A stretch of 64,000 nucleotides of DNA from Gammaproteobacteria bacterium (GCA_016191285.1 JACPPA010000033.1:137736-201735); one strand, 5' to 3'; positions 22,368 to 33,713 are shown, counted from the first letter of the stretch. Notes: generated by a model not told the origin, from the sequence alone. Program-made: numbers and translations.

Positions 22368-23252
22368 TTAGTCCGCAGCTCGCGCTTGGGCTTTTACTTC
22401 TTCCGCGAAATCGACGGATTTCTTCTCGATTCCTTCGCCGACTTCATAGCGCACGAAACCGGTCGCGCGCGCCTTCCGTGCGGTCAGCAGCTTGCCTACG
22501 GTGGTATCCGGATCTTTGACAAAGGGTTGACCCAGAAGACTTATCTCGCCAACAAATTTCCGTAACTGGCCGGTGATCATCTTCTCGACGATTTCAGGCG
22601 ATTTGCCGCTGGTCGCGGCCTGGGCCACACGGATTTCACGTTCTTTAGCCAATAACTCCGCCGGTACTTCGGCGTCCGTGATACACATCGGATTACTCGC
22701 GGCGACGTGCATGGCGATTTCTTTAGCGAGTTCGGCGTCGCCACCTTCCAGCGTCACCAACACCCCAATTCGCTTACCGTGCCGGTACGTGCCGATCACG
22801 CCGCCGCCCGCTAGCCGCACATCGAAGCGTCGAATCGAAATATTCTCGCCAATCTTTAAGATCAGTTGTTGCCGCGCCGATTCAACGGATTCCTTCGTGC
22901 CGGCCAGCGGCAGCGCCAACAAGGCCTCGACATCCGCCGGTCGCGCGTCCAACACGGTTGTGGCCACCGCGAGTGCGAATTGCGTGAAATTTTCATCGTT
23001 CGCGGCGAAGTCGGTTTCGCTATTGATTTCGACCACACAGGCGAAGCCCGTGCTTTCCGCGACCACGACCGCGCCCTCGGCGGCGATGCGCCCCGCCTTC
23101 TTCGCAGCCTTCGCCGCGCCTGATTTACGCAGGTACTCCAAGGCCGCCTCGAGCTCGCCGCTGGTGGCGACCAGCGCGTTCTTGCATTCCATCATTCCGG
23201 CGCCTGAACGCTCCCGGAGTTCCTTCACTGCCGCCGCACTGATCTGCATCAC
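22368..23252 (-). CDS. tsf: elongation factor Ts
   Basis: N-terminal [24 protein letters not shown] motif. Confidence 0.9.
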   Translation of the reverse strand: MMQISAAAVKELRERSGAGMMECKNALVATSGELEAALEYLRKSGAAKAAKKAGRIAAEGAVVVAESTGFACVVEINSETDFAANDENFTQFALAVATTVLDARPADVEALLALPLAGTKESVESARQQLILKIGENISIRRFDVRLAGGGVIGTYRHGKRIGVLVTLEGGDAELAKEIAMHVAASNPMCITDAEVPAELLAKEREIRVAQAATSGKSPEIVEKMITGQLRKFVGEISLLGQPFVKDPDTTVGKLLTARKARATGFVRYEVGEGIEKKSVDFAEEVKAQARAAD

Positions 23253-23279
23253 TGGTTTCCTTAATCTCGTGTCAGAGTG

Positions 23280-24185
23280 TTACTCACTCGCCGGCGCGTC
23301 GGCCGGTGCATCGTCCGTACGGGGCGTCGCCGCGCGGCGCATCGGCGCCTTCTTTCTGGCCGGCGTCTTCTTCTTCGCCCGACGGTTCGCGTCATCATTC
23401 GCGCCCGGAGCGCCGCGCTCGTCGTTGGCGGCGTGGCGCAGCATGGGCTCGCCATGTTCGTCGAGTTCGACAAAATCATCCTGACCACCCTGGTTGGCGG
23501 ACATGATCATTCGCGCATCCATTACCGCATCGGCCGCACTTCGCGCATAAAGGTTAATCGCGCTGATCGCATCGTCATTCCCCGGGATCACATAGTCGAC
23601 GTGATCCGGTTTGCAGTTGGTGTCCACCACCGCGATGACCGGAATTCTTAGTTTAGTCGCTTCGGCGATGGCGATTTTTTCGAATCCGACATCGATGATG
23701 AACAGTGCATCGGGCAGGCGTTCCATGTCTTTAATGCCCGCTAAGCTCTGATGCAGCTTGTCGTGTTCGCGTCTGAGCTGCAGCGCCTCGCGCTTGGAAA
23801 TGCGTTCGAACCCACCGCCATTCAAACGCTCGTCAAGTTCCTTCAAGCGCTTGATCGATTGTTTGACGGTTTTAAAGTTCGTGAGCATACCGCCCAACCA
23901 CCGTCGATTGACGAAGGGCATGCCACAACGCGTCGCTTCGCGCTGAACGGCTTCTTGCGCCGAGCGTTTGGTGCCGATAAATAGGATCTTGCCGCGCCGG
24001 CTTGCCATGCGGCCGATAAAGCTCATGGCATCGTTGAACAGGGGGACAGTTTTTTCGAGATTGATGATATGGATCTTGTTGCGCTCGCCGAAGATGTACG
24101 GTGCCATCTTGGGATGCCAGTAGCGGGTCTGATGCCCGAAATGCACGCCAGCCTCTAACATCTGGCGCATGCTTACGTCAGCCAT
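23280..24185 (-). CDS. rpsB: 30S ribosomal protein S2
   Basis: [23 protein letters not shown]. The start is placed at the second Met of the ORF. Acidic C-terminal tail. Confidence 0.9.
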   Translation of the reverse strand: MADVSMRQMLEAGVHFGHQTRYWHPKMAPYIFGERNKIHIINLEKTVPLFNDAMSFIGRMASRRGKILFIGTKRSAQEAVQREATRCGMPFVNRRWLGGMLTNFKTVKQSIKRLKELDERLNGGGFERISKREALQLRREHDKLHQSLAGIKDMERLPDALFIIDVGFEKIAIAEATKLRIPVIAVVDTNCKPDHVDYVIPGNDDAISAINLYARSAADAVMDARMIMSANQGGQDDFVELDEHGEPMLRHAANDERGAPGANDDANRRAKKKTPARKKAPMRRAATPRTDDAPADAPASE

Positions 24186-24295
24186 GTAATACTCCTGGTC
24201 GGGTTTTGCCTCCACGCGCCCCGTCCGCCAATTCGAGCCGTGGCTCGAACACCCAGGCGGCCAGTTGCGGCGCGTGTGTGGGATTAAAGTAACGA

Positions 24296-25156
24296 TTGAG
24301 CTTGCGTTCGTTGCTCAGTGAGCGCGCGCTTTATAACATAGAAGCTTTGCAGCAACAACGAGTTGGGTTCATCACACTAATGCCCGTTACGATAAAAAAC
24401 TCGCACGAAATCGACGCGATGCGCGTCGCCGGCCGCCTCGCCGCCGAGGTGTTGGAAATGATCGCGCCCCACATTCAACCCGGGGTCACCACTGACGATC
24501 TCGATCGCATCTGCCATGACTATATCGTCGCCCAGCAACAGGCCATCCCGGCGCCGCTTAATTATCACGGGTTCCCGAAATCGATCTGTACGTCAATCAA
24601 CCACGTGGTCTGTCATGGCATCCCGAGCGACAAACGGCTCAAGGAAGGCGATGTCGTCAATATCGATATCACCGTCATCAAAGACGGCTTCCACGGCGAT
24701 ACCAGCAAGATGTTCTATGTGGGTACGCCTTCAATTAAAGCCCAACGCTTGGTCGATACGGCCTACGCCTGTCTCAAACTGGGGATTGAAATGGTGCGCC
24801 CGGGGGCCCGGCTCGGCGATATCGGCGCGGCGATCCAGCGCTACGCCGAGGCGCGAAATTTTTCCGTCGTGCGCGAATATTGCGGTCATGGGATCGGTCG
24901 CGAGTTCCATGAAGAACCGCAGGTGCTGCATTACGGTGTGCCGGGGACGGGATTCGTGCTCGAACCCGGCATGACGTTCACTATTGAACCGATGATTAAC
25001 GCGGGCAAGCGCCACGTGCGATTACTCCCCGATGGTTGGACGGTGGTGACCAAGGATCACAGCTTGTCCGCCCAATGGGAACACACCGTGCTAGTCACGG
25101 AGCGCAGTTTTCAAGTCCTCACCGTGCGCCCCGATGAACACTTTATCGAGCCTTAA
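24296..25156 (+). CDS. map: type I methionine aminopeptidase
   Basis: Full Map-like sequence with metal-ligand motifs. The true start may be the internal Met at about 24380. Confidence 0.9.
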   Translation: MSLRSLLSERALYNIEALQQQRVGFITLMPVTIKNSHEIDAMRVAGRLAAEVLEMIAPHIQPGVTTDDLDRICHDYIVAQQQAIPAPLNYHGFPKSICTSINHVVCHGIPSDKRLKEGDVVNIDITVIKDGFHGDTSKMFYVGTPSIKAQRLVDTAYACLKLGIEMVRPGARLGDIGAAIQRYAEARNFSVVREYCGHGIGREFHEEPQVLHYGVPGTGFVLEPGMTFTIEPMINAGKRHVRLLPDGWTVVTKDHSLSAQWEHTVLVTERSFQVLTVRPDEHFIEP

Positions 25157-27845
25157 GGCAGTGCAGGAACCGGCGAGCGCCTTGGTTGCGAGCGACCAGG
25201 TTGCCATCGATAAATCAGCGTTGGCCGCCGCCCTCATACACCCGCCCGGCAGTCTGCCCGCGGCGAGCGGTGTGCGCCTAGTCATTCAGCAATTCAATGA
25301 AGCGCTGAAAGCCGCATTTTTTGCCGGCCTGGACGCGACCGCGGTCGTCGCCGCACGCGCGGTCGCGGTCGATGAGATCGTGTGTGCGGTGTGGCGGCTA
25401 TTCGCGCTCGACCGTTCGGATCACACCCTGTTGGCGGTGGGTGGTTATGGCCGCGGCGAACTTCATCCCCATTCGGACATCGATATTTGCGTATTGATCA
25501 CGGACGCGTTGACTGCGGACGAGCGGCGCCAGCTCGAGGGGTTCGTGACTTTTCTGTGGGACATCGGTCTGGAAGTGGGACACAGCGTGCGCACCCTGGA
25601 CGAGACACACGCCGCCGCGGCGACCGATATCACGATCATGACCAACTTGCTCGAGGCGCGCCTGCTTAGCGGCGCTGACGCGATATTCGCCGCCGTCAAA
25701 TCCACCATTGGCCCCGAGAAGATGTGGAATGCACAAGGGTTTTTTACCGCCAAATACATCGAGCAAGACCAGCGGCATGAGCGCTTCAACGACGCGTTTC
25801 AACAACTCGAACCGAACATCAAGGAAAGCCCCGGCGGCTTACGCGATATTCAAATTATCGCGTGGGTGACTAATCGACATTTCAACTCGACGGGGCTCGA
25901 TAGCTTGGTCGGCCACGGCTTTTTAACGACCGACGAGTTCACGGTACTTGAGCGCGGGCGCAATCATCTATGGCGGATCCGCTGCGCGCTGCATTTTCTC
26001 GCCGGACGCCGCGAAGACCGTCTGCTGTTCGATCATCAAAAGCGCGTCGCCGAACTATTTGGTTACACCGATGCCGCCCACAATCGCGCGGTCGAAAACT
26101 TCATGAAGGATTTCTATCGGACCGTCCGCGAATTGGCCCGGCTGAACGAAATTCTGCTCGGCCTATTTCAAGAGGCGATCCTGCAACATGATCGCGAAGT
26201 ACGCGCGTCACCACTCAATCGCCGCTTTCAAGTGCGCGGTAATTACATCGAGGCGACCAGCAATTCAGTATTCGCTCGTACGCCACCGGCGTTGCTCGAA
26301 ATATTTTTGTTGATGCAAAAAAACCCGACCATCAAGGGTGTGCGCGCCAGCACGATTCGCCTGATACGCGCGCATCTGCATCTAATCGACGACAAGTTTC
26401 GCCTGGATATTCGTGCGCGCAGTTTGTTCATGGAGATCATCAAGGAACCGCGCCGTATTGGCCATGAACTGCAGCGCATGCATCGGTACGGGGTACTCTC
26501 CGCGTATTTTCCGCCGTTTGCACGCGTCGAGAGTCTGATGCAGTTCGATCTTTTCCACGTGTATACGGTCGATGAACATTTGCTATTTGTGGTGCAGCAA
26601 ATGCGCCGCTTTTCTTATCCGCTGACGCTCGAAGAGCAGACGCCATTCATTCGTCAGGTCATTGAACGCATACCAAAACTCGAACTGCTGTATCTTGCGG
26701 GGCTATTTCACGACGTGGGCAAAGGCCAAGGTCGCGATCACTCGGAAGCCGGTGCTGAAGTCGCGACGGAATTTTGTCAGATCCACGGATTAAGCACCTA
26801 CGATACCAACCTCGTGACGTGGCTGGTGCGCAATCATTTAATCATGTCGAATGTGGCGCAGCGCCAGGATATTTATGATCCGGAAGTGGTCGCCGCGTTC
26901 GCGACCACGATTGGCGACCAAATCCGACTCGATTACTTGTACCTACTAACGGTCGCCGACATTCGTGGGACCAATCCGAAGTTATGGACCAGCTGGAAGG
27001 ATTCATTACTCGCCGAACTGTATCTCATCACACTACGCCGTATGCGCGGCGGCGCCGAAGCGCCGAACGACAAGGCCGAGCGGATCCTCGAAATCAAAAC
27101 CGATGCGCGTACCAACATCGAGTCCGCACGCTGCTCAGAGCATGCCGTGGCTTTGTTGTGGAGCACGCTCAGCGACGAATATTTCCTGCGCCATCGACCA
27201 ATCGAAATCGCGTGGCATACCGAAACCATTCTCGAAGCCGACGACGACGAGTTGCCACTGGTCGCGGTGCGTAATTTTGCCAGCCGAGGCAGCACCGAAA
27301 TTTTCATTTATGCCGCCGATACGGACCATCTTTTCGCAATTTCGACCGCGACCTTGGATCGTCTGCGCTTGGATGTGCAAGATGCACGCATCATCACGTC
27401 GGAGGCCGGCTACACGCTCGACACCTACAATGTGCTAGACACCGAAAGCCGCAGTCCAGTCGACGATCCGCTGCGCATTCAAGAAATTCAAACGCGGCTG
27501 CGTACCTCGCTACGCGCCAACGAAATTCCCGCCGCCCGCGCGCCCTATGCGACACACCGCCGGATGCAGCATTTCAAATTTCCGGCATCGGTTGAATTCG
27601 CCATGGATCCTGCGCACAACCGCACCGTCATGGAAGTCATCGCGACTGACCGGCCGGGATTTCTATCCGTGGTCGGGCGCGCCATGCAAAACTGTGGCGT
27701 GCGCTTGCATGACGCGCGGATCGCCACCATCGGCGAGCGCGCCGAGGATTATTTCTACGTGACCGATTTCGCCGATCAACCCGTGACCGACCCAGCCGTG
27801 CAGACCGCGCTGCGCGAGGCTATCGTCAGCGAACTCAATGCGTGA
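25134..27845 (+). CDS. glnD: [protein-PII] uridylyltransferase/uridylyl-removing enzyme
   Basis: 903 aa with nucleotidyltransferase domain, HD domain and two C-terminal ACT domains. Canonical map-glnD arrangement. Confidence 0.9.
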   Translation: MNTLSSLKAVQEPASALVASDQVAIDKSALAAALIHPPGSLPAASGVRLVIQQFNEALKAAFFAGLDATAVVAARAVAVDEIVCAVWRLFALDRSDHTLLAVGGYGRGELHPHSDIDICVLITDALTADERRQLEGFVTFLWDIGLEVGHSVRTLDETHAAAATDITIMTNLLEARLLSGADAIFAAVKSTIGPEKMWNAQGFFTAKYIEQDQRHERFNDAFQQLEPNIKESPGGLRDIQIIAWVTNRHFNSTGLDSLVGHGFLTTDEFTVLERGRNHLWRIRCALHFLAGRREDRLLFDHQKRVAELFGYTDAAHNRAVENFMKDFYRTVRELARLNEILLGLFQEAILQHDREVRASPLNRRFQVRGNYIEATSNSVFARTPPALLEIFLLMQKNPTIKGVRASTIRLIRAHLHLIDDKFRLDIRARSLFMEIIKEPRRIGHELQRMHRYGVLSAYFPPFARVESLMQFDLFHVYTVDEHLLFVVQQMRRFSYPLTLEEQTPFIRQVIERIPKLELLYLAGLFHDVGKGQGRDHSEAGAEVATEFCQIHGLSTYDTNLVTWLVRNHLIMSNVAQRQDIYDPEVVAAFATTIGDQIRLDYLYLLTVADIRGTNPKLWTSWKDSLLAELYLITLRRMRGGAEAPNDKAERILEIKTDARTNIESARCSEHAVALLWSTLSDEYFLRHRPIEIAWHTETILEADDDELPLVAVRNFASRGSTEIFIYAADTDHLFAISTATLDRLRLDVQDARIITSEAGYTLDTYNVLDTESRSPVDDPLRIQEIQTRLRTSLRANEIPAARAPYATHRRMQHFKFPASVEFAMDPAHNRTVMEVIATDRPGFLSVVGRAMQNCGVRLHDARIATIGERAEDYFYVTDFADQPVTDPAVQTALREAIVSELNA

Positions 27846-28519
27846 TCGCGCCCCCGGCCTCAGAAGTCGAACTACTCACTCGCGCCCATGCGCTCGCCGG
27901 CCTGACCCTCGACGCACTGGCCGGACAGCTGGAAGAAATACTGCCCACGGCCGGATTGCATGCCAAAGGTTGGATCGGAACCCTGCTTGAGAATGCGCTC
28001 GGCGCCGACGCCGGCGCACGACCGATGCCGGATTTCACCCAACTGGGCGTCGAACTGAAATCGATTCCGGTCGGCGCCGACGGTCAACCGCGGGAGTCGA
28101 CCTTCGTGTGTACCGCCCCAGTGATAGTGCCACCCGCGATGCAATGGGAAAATTCCACGGTGCACGACAAACTTCGACGCGTGTTGTGGATCCCAATTGA
28201 AAGCGGCGCCCAGAAATTCGGCGCGCGGCGGATTGGGTGGGGCTTTTTGTGGAGCCCTACGCCCGAACAAGACACGGTCTTGCGCTACGATTGGCAAGAA
28301 CTCATCGACCTCATCGCGCTCGGTCAGTGGACGCAAATTACCGCGCGCCTCGGTCGTTACCTCCAACTGCGACCGAAGGCGGCGCACGGGCGGACGCTGC
28401 GCGCGGCCGTGGACGACTCGGGGACCCCGAACCAAACACTACCGCGCGGTTTTTACTTGCGCGCGACCTTCACTCACGAAATCCTCGCCGCGCACTTGCG
28501 CGCGGCGCATCGACAGTGA
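27842..28519 (+). CDS. mutH: DNA mismatch repair endonuclease MutH
   Basis: Aligns along its full length with E. coli MutH: KGWIGTLLE, DFTQLGVELKSIP (catalytic D/E/K), TFVCTAP, KLRRVLWIP, LWSPT, LRYDWQELIDLIALGQ, ITARLGRYLQLRPKAA, LPRGFYL. Its start overlaps the glnD stop (ATGA). Confidence 0.8.
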   Translation: MIAPPASEVELLTRAHALAGLTLDALAGQLEEILPTAGLHAKGWIGTLLENALGADAGARPMPDFTQLGVELKSIPVGADGQPRESTFVCTAPVIVPPAMQWENSTVHDKLRRVLWIPIESGAQKFGARRIGWGFLWSPTPEQDTVLRYDWQELIDLIALGQWTQITARLGRYLQLRPKAAHGRTLRAAVDDSGTPNQTLPRGFYLRATFTHEILAAHLRAAHRQ

Positions 28520-28575
28520 ATCGTCGACGTGCTTACGGCGCAACGGTAATTTAAGATGCGTGCCCCATCGATACG

Positions 28576-29604
28576 ATGCTTACAACGATGAAGCTAGGAC
28601 TGTTGTTTACGGGTGCGTCCTCGATCACGGAAATCGTCAGTGTCGGTCGTCGCGCTGAGCTCGCGGGCTTTTCATCACTCTATATGGTAGAGGCCTATCG
28701 GAGCGCGTGGGTGCCGTTGATGGCCCTGGCGAATGCGACCTCACGGGTGCGTTTAGGCCCCTATGTGTTAAATGGCTATGCGCGTAGCCCACTCCTCGCT
28801 GGCATGGCCGCCGTCGATTTCAATGAATTCAGTGGCGGGCGCCTGCTGCTCGGCGTCGGGGGTGGAAATCGGATCATCAATGAACAGTGGCAGGGGATTC
28901 CGCATGCGCGGGTCCTCAGCAAGATGACTGAGTACGTCAGCCTATTACGGCAGATCGCGCGAACGCACCCTGGCGATCGCCTGGACTTCACGGGCAAAGT
29001 CCATCGCATGCAGTGGTCACCGGTAACGGATCCCGGACCGCGCCCATTTCCAGTTTATTTGGCCGCAATCTTTCCGAAAATGCTGAAGGTCGCAGCGCAA
29101 ATTGCTGACGGCATCGCTGGCGGCGCTACTTTGTCGGCTGACTACCTGCGTTCCGAGGCACGTCCCGCGGCGGCGCGCTACGCGGCCGAGGCCGGGCGCG
29201 TAAGCGACAATCTGCGCTGGACCGCGGTCGCTTTTACTGCAGTCGATGCTGATCGTGAGCGCGCGCGTCGGGCCGCGCGCGCCGCGCTGTGTCATCTGTT
29301 CGCACCACTACCGCATCCCTATTATGAATTCACGATGCGCGAACAAGGGTTTGGTGCGACCGTCGATACTTTAGTTGCCGCAGTGCCAAGCGGCAATATG
29401 GACGCGGCAATCGATGCGATTCCGGACGAACTCATTGATCGCTTAACAATCGCGGGGACGCCGGCGGAATGTCACGCACGGTTGCGCGCCTACGACGGAC
29501 TAGTCGATGAACTGATCTTATGCAATGTCTTGCCAGACGCCACGCCAAATCAACCCGATGCTTACGCCGCGTTCCTCGATCTTGCCCGCGAGGCGGCGGC
29601 TTAA
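28576..29604 (+). CDS. LLM-class (luciferase-like) flavin-dependent oxidoreductase
   Basis: TIM-barrel LLM signature regions (SLYMVEAY, LLLGVGGG). Confidence 0.75.
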   Translation: MLTTMKLGLLFTGASSITEIVSVGRRAELAGFSSLYMVEAYRSAWVPLMALANATSRVRLGPYVLNGYARSPLLAGMAAVDFNEFSGGRLLLGVGGGNRIINEQWQGIPHARVLSKMTEYVSLLRQIARTHPGDRLDFTGKVHRMQWSPVTDPGPRPFPVYLAAIFPKMLKVAAQIADGIAGGATLSADYLRSEARPAAARYAAEAGRVSDNLRWTAVAFTAVDADRERARRAARAALCHLFAPLPHPYYEFTMREQGFGATVDTLVAAVPSGNMDAAIDAIPDELIDRLTIAGTPAECHARLRAYDGLVDELILCNVLPDATPNQPDAYAAFLDLAREAAA

Positions 29605-29714
29605 GCACTAATTGTTCATAAAAGTGAACACCATCGTGACTCTGCCGCAGATCACATGCGTATTCACCACATCGCTTGGAGTCGCGAGCGGCATACTCCT
29701 GAAGTCGAACAAGT

Positions 29715-31775
29715 TTGGCGAGAGGCTGCAATAATCGGCGGATGAGACCCACCATCAAGTTTTTGTTTGCTGGCACCGTTTTTTCCAGCGCATTCCTGCT
29801 CTTTCTCGTCCAGCCGCTGATCTCAAAAAGCATTTTGCCCTGGTTCGGCGGCTCGGCCGCGGTGTGGGCGACGTGTATGGTGTTTTTTCAAGTGGTGTTG
29901 CTGGCGGGGTATGCCTATGCCGATTGGATCACGCGCCATCTTGAACCGCGCCACCAGGTGAACCTGCACGTGGCGCTGTTAGTTGTAAGCCTCGTTTTTC
30001 TGCCCATCATTCCCGATCCCAGTTGGAAACCCGTCGGCGATGAGGATCCCACGCTTAGAATTCTTGGACTGCTGGCCAGCACCATTGGCCTGCCTTATTT
30101 GCTGCTGTCGACCACCGGTCCGCTGATTCAAGCCTGGGTTTCGCGTACCTTGATCGGGACGCATGTCTATCGGTTTTTTTCGCTGTCGAATCTGGCGTCG
30201 CTGGTTGCTTTGATCTGTTATCCCTTTGCGGTTGAACCGAATGCGCCGCTATTGCTGCAAGCTCGCGGGTGGTCCGCCGTGTTCGTGCTGTTTGTGCTGC
30301 TGTGCTCGGCCTCGGCGTTTTATTTTCTCAAACACGATTCCGCGCTGCTGCCGAATCTCCAGCGGCAAAAGATAGCCCCGGAAGGCAGCCGTGATCCCGA
30401 CATCGGAGATTATTTGTGGTGGCTCGGTCTGGCGGCCATGGGCTCGTGGCTATTGCTGGCCATCACCAACCATATCACTCAGAACATCGCCGCCATCCCG
30501 CTGTTGTGGCTGTTGCCGCTGACGATTTACCTACTCACCTTCGTGCTGTGCTTCGAGAGCGATCGCTGGTATGTGCGCTCGCGATTTTTGCTGCCGACGG
30601 CGGCATTGATCGTCGCGTCTGCTTACGGACTGCAAGCGGGCGGTCTGGGCTACAACATTGCACTCGCCATTCCGCTGTATGTGCTGGGGCTGTTTTGCTG
30701 CTGCATGTTTTTCCACGGTGAGCTCGCCAGGATGCGGCCATCACCGCGCTACCTAACGCGATTTTATTTAATGCTGTCGCTGGGCGGTGCGCTGGGCGGC
30801 ATTAGCGTTGGACTAGTCGCACCGCGCGTTCTGCCGGCGTATTACGAGCTAGGCATCGGTTACGTACTGACGGCCGTACTGGCCGTGTTTCTGTTGCGCC
30901 AACGCACGCTACTTGCGGTTAGCGCGGGTGTTCTGGCAGTGGCATGCGGCTACTTTTTATTCGCGCAAATTACCGGCGACTTTCGCGATTCACGCCAGGT
31001 GCAGCGTAATTTTTACGGCACCCTGTTGAGCCTGGATGCGCATCGCAACAATCCGGCGGACGATGTGCGTCAGCTGTATCACGGCTCGGTCAAACACGGC
31101 GAACAATTCCTCGCGGCGGCCCGTCGCTTCGAACCGACCACCTACTATGGGCCAAGCGCTGGTATCGGTCTCGCTCTCGCGAATACCCGTGCCCTTGATA
31201 AGAAAGTTGGGCTGATCGGTCTCGGCGCCGGAACCCTCGCCCTGTACGGCAAACCAGGCGATCGCTACCGATTTTACGAAATCAATCCTCAGGTGATCGC
31301 GCTCGCGCAAAGTGAGTTTTCTTTCATGCGCGACAGCCATGCGCAAATTGAAATCGTGCTCGGCGACGCGCGGCTATCGCTCGAGAAAGAACCACCGCAG
31401 GACTTCGACGTGCTGGCGATCGACGCTTTTACCGGCGACTCGATTCCCGTTCACCTCATCACCCGCCAAGCCATCGACGTTTACCGGCGCCATCTCGCGT
31501 CACGAGGAATCATGGCCTTTCATGTGACCAATCGCTTCCTGCGTCTCGCGCCCATGGTGCAACGCCTCGCCGCGGATGCGGGCCTGTATTCGGTGTTGAT
31601 CCACGATGCGCCCGGTAACTCGGCGTTGCGCAACACGGATTGGGTGCTGGTTGCACAAGATAAAACGGTTTTGGCGCAGACGGCGTTCAGCAGTGCAGCG
31701 AGTCCGACGATCCTCGCGCCGGAGCACACCGCCTGGACTGACGACTTCAATAATTTATTTGATGTGCTGAAATAA
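29715..31775 (+). CDS. polytopic membrane domain fused to spermidine-synthase-like (PABS) aminopropyltransferase domain
   Basis: About 11 N-terminal TM helices. C-terminal VGLIGLGAGTL...FDVLAIDAFTGDSIP matches the spermidine synthase fold. Confidence 0.7.
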   Translation: MARGCNNRRMRPTIKFLFAGTVFSSAFLLFLVQPLISKSILPWFGGSAAVWATCMVFFQVVLLAGYAYADWITRHLEPRHQVNLHVALLVVSLVFLPIIPDPSWKPVGDEDPTLRILGLLASTIGLPYLLLSTTGPLIQAWVSRTLIGTHVYRFFSLSNLASLVALICYPFAVEPNAPLLLQARGWSAVFVLFVLLCSASAFYFLKHDSALLPNLQRQKIAPEGSRDPDIGDYLWWLGLAAMGSWLLLAITNHITQNIAAIPLLWLLPLTIYLLTFVLCFESDRWYVRSRFLLPTAALIVASAYGLQAGGLGYNIALAIPLYVLGLFCCCMFFHGELARMRPSPRYLTRFYLMLSLGGALGGISVGLVAPRVLPAYYELGIGYVLTAVLAVFLLRQRTLLAVSAGVLAVACGYFLFAQITGDFRDSRQVQRNFYGTLLSLDAHRNNPADDVRQLYHGSVKHGEQFLAAARRFEPTTYYGPSAGIGLALANTRALDKKVGLIGLGAGTLALYGKPGDRYRFYEINPQVIALAQSEFSFMRDSHAQIEIVLGDARLSLEKEPPQDFDVLAIDAFTGDSIPVHLITRQAIDVYRRHLASRGIMAFHVTNRFLRLAPMVQRLAADAGLYSVLIHDAPGNSALRNTDWVLVAQDKTVLAQTAFSSAASPTILAPEHTAWTDDFNNLFDVLK

Positions 31776-31797
31776 AATAACGCAGCGCTGCTTAAAC

Positions 31798-33003
31798 CTA
31801 ACGATCGCCGTGCACCAGTACACCGCGCTGTTCTAATTCAGTAATCCTGGTCGTCGTATAACCGAGCAGGCTCGACAGTACCGAGGCGTTATGCTGCCCG
31901 AGCAAGGGCGCGGTGAGATCGGGAAGGTCAGGTTGCGCCGAGAACCGCAACGGGAATCCCGGAATTGAAAACGATCCTAGAATGGGATCTTCAATCGTGC
32001 GTACAGTGCCGCGGCTTCGAAAGTAGGGATGATCGATCGCTTCGGTCGGACTCAGCACCGGCGCTGAAGGCACACGATGGCGTTCAAGCAAATCAAGAAT
32101 CGAATCGTTGTCTTTGAAAGTGGTCAACCACGCTTCGATTAACGGTGTTAGTTGGCGCTGATTCTCGGCGCGCACGGTTCCCGTGGCGAACCTTGGATCC
32201 TGTTCGAGATCCGGGCGTCCCATCGCAGCACATAGTCCTTTCCACTGCAATTGCAGCGCCAGAATCACCAGATATCCCGTCGGACCTTTGAATACGCCAA
32301 ACGGTGCGACAAGTGCGTGATGCGAGCCACCACGCATGGGTATGTATTTACCCTTACTGAGCGAACTCGCCTGCACCGGGATCTCCAGCATATGGAACAT
32401 CGCATCGATCATCGCGATATCCAGCCATTGGCCGATGCCGGTCCGCTCGCGGTGAAACAAAGCATAGCCGATGGCTGAAAACGCGTGCACGCCGGAGGAC
32501 ACATCGGCGATGGCGGCGCCGACGGGTTGCGGCGGACCGTTCGGATTGCCGGTCATATGCATGATGCCGGCGAACGCTTGCGCCACCCAGTCGTAACCAG
32601 TCTTGTGCGACAGCGGGCTCTCACGACCGTAGGCCGAGATCGAGGCCATGATGAGTCGCGGATTCAGTGCTTTGAGATCGGCATACGCCAAGCCGCGTTT
32701 TTCCATGACGCCCGGGCCAAAATTCTCGACTACCACGTCGACCTTACTGACGAGCTCGCGGATGATCGCAAGGGCCTCGGACTGACGAAGATCGAGACAC
32801 AAACTCTGTTTGCCGCGATTCTGCTGCACATAATAGCCACTGCGCCCATCGATTATCATCGGCAACTGCCGCGACGGATCACCGCCGGGCGCGGTTTCAA
32901 CTTTGATAATTTCGGCGCCCATTTCGGCCATTAGACGCGTGACCGTCGGGCCGGCGAGATACTGAGTGAAGTCGAGAACGCGAATGCCTTCGAGAATTTT
33001 CAT
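31798..33003 (-). CDS. CoA-transferase family III (CaiB/BaiF-type)
   Basis: N-terminal LEGIRVLDFTQYLAGP signature. Confidence 0.8.
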   Translation of the reverse strand: MKILEGIRVLDFTQYLAGPTVTRLMAEMGAEIIKVETAPGGDPSRQLPMIIDGRSGYYVQQNRGKQSLCLDLRQSEALAIIRELVSKVDVVVENFGPGVMEKRGLAYADLKALNPRLIMASISAYGRESPLSHKTGYDWVAQAFAGIMHMTGNPNGPPQPVGAAIADVSSGVHAFSAIGYALFHRERTGIGQWLDIAMIDAMFHMLEIPVQASSLSKGKYIPMRGGSHHALVAPFGVFKGPTGYLVILALQLQWKGLCAAMGRPDLEQDPRFATGTVRAENQRQLTPLIEAWLTTFKDNDSILDLLERHRVPSAPVLSPTEAIDHPYFRSRGTVRTIEDPILGSFSIPGFPLRFSAQPDLPDLTAPLLGQHNASVLSSLLGYTTTRITELEQRGVLVHGDR

Positions 33004-33305
33004 GCTTGCCTCTGGCGCTTAGTGATTACAGACCACGTCTGACGAACAGCGTAAGCTATCGTTACGCGGGTTTGCCTGAAATCTAACGTTCGTGGCATCT
33101 CTGTCAATTGTGAGCCGCGTGATCAGTGTCTTGCAATGGACTTGCATCCGGTGCCGTGGATCACAACAATGTAGGCGCACTTCAATCCAGTGCGCCGCCC
33201 GACATCCGTTGGAGAATCGCCATGGTTAAAGTCCACGGAATTCTACTCTCACCGTTCGTACGCAAGGTCCGCGAGAATCAGTTGGGTGCTCGGTATACTA
33301 TTGAT

Positions 33306-33713
33306 ATGACGACCAACGAAATCCTCGAGTCGCTAAAACGGACCCTCTCGGGCGCCGATCGCGACATCGTTTGCGCTTACCTGTATGGCAGTCGCGCTCG
33401 CGGTGAAGCGCGCTCGACGAGTGACGTGGATGTGGCGGTGTTATTCGACCAGCACCCGCCACCAACACTTGACGGGTTGCGCTTCGATCTGACGTCGAGA
33501 CTAGAGAATACCCTGCGAGTCCCAGTGGATTTGCTGGTGCTTAATGCCGCGCCGGCTGATTTGGTGCACCGAGTGTTGCGCGACGGTATCGTGATTGTTG
33601 AAAATGATCGGGCCGCGCGCGTCCGCTTCGAAGTCAGCGCACGTAATTCTTACTTCGATTTGCTGCCGATTCTTGGGCGCTATCGACGCGGCAATCTGGG
33701 ACAAGTGGCGTGA
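33306..33713 (+). CDS. MNT-type nucleotidyltransferase antitoxin (HepT/MNT TA pair)
   Basis: GSRARGEARSTSDVDVAV nucleotidyltransferase motif. The start is chosen at MTTNEIL. The supplied ORF extends upstream to 33126. Confidence 0.7.
   Translation: MTTNEILESLKRTLSGADRDIVCAYLYGSRARGEARSTSDVDVAVLFDQHPPPTLDGLRFDLTSRLENTLRVPVDLLVLNAAPADLVHRVLRDGIVIVENDRAARVRFEVSARNSYFDLLPILGRYRRGNLGQVA

Noticed and set aside
33126-33305. Long N-terminal extension of the MNT ORF (MSCNGLASGAVDH...)
   Set aside because: MNT-family proteins are about 100-140 aa and begin near the M-x-x-x-E-I-L region. The extension has no domain signature, so the internal Met at 33306 was preferred.
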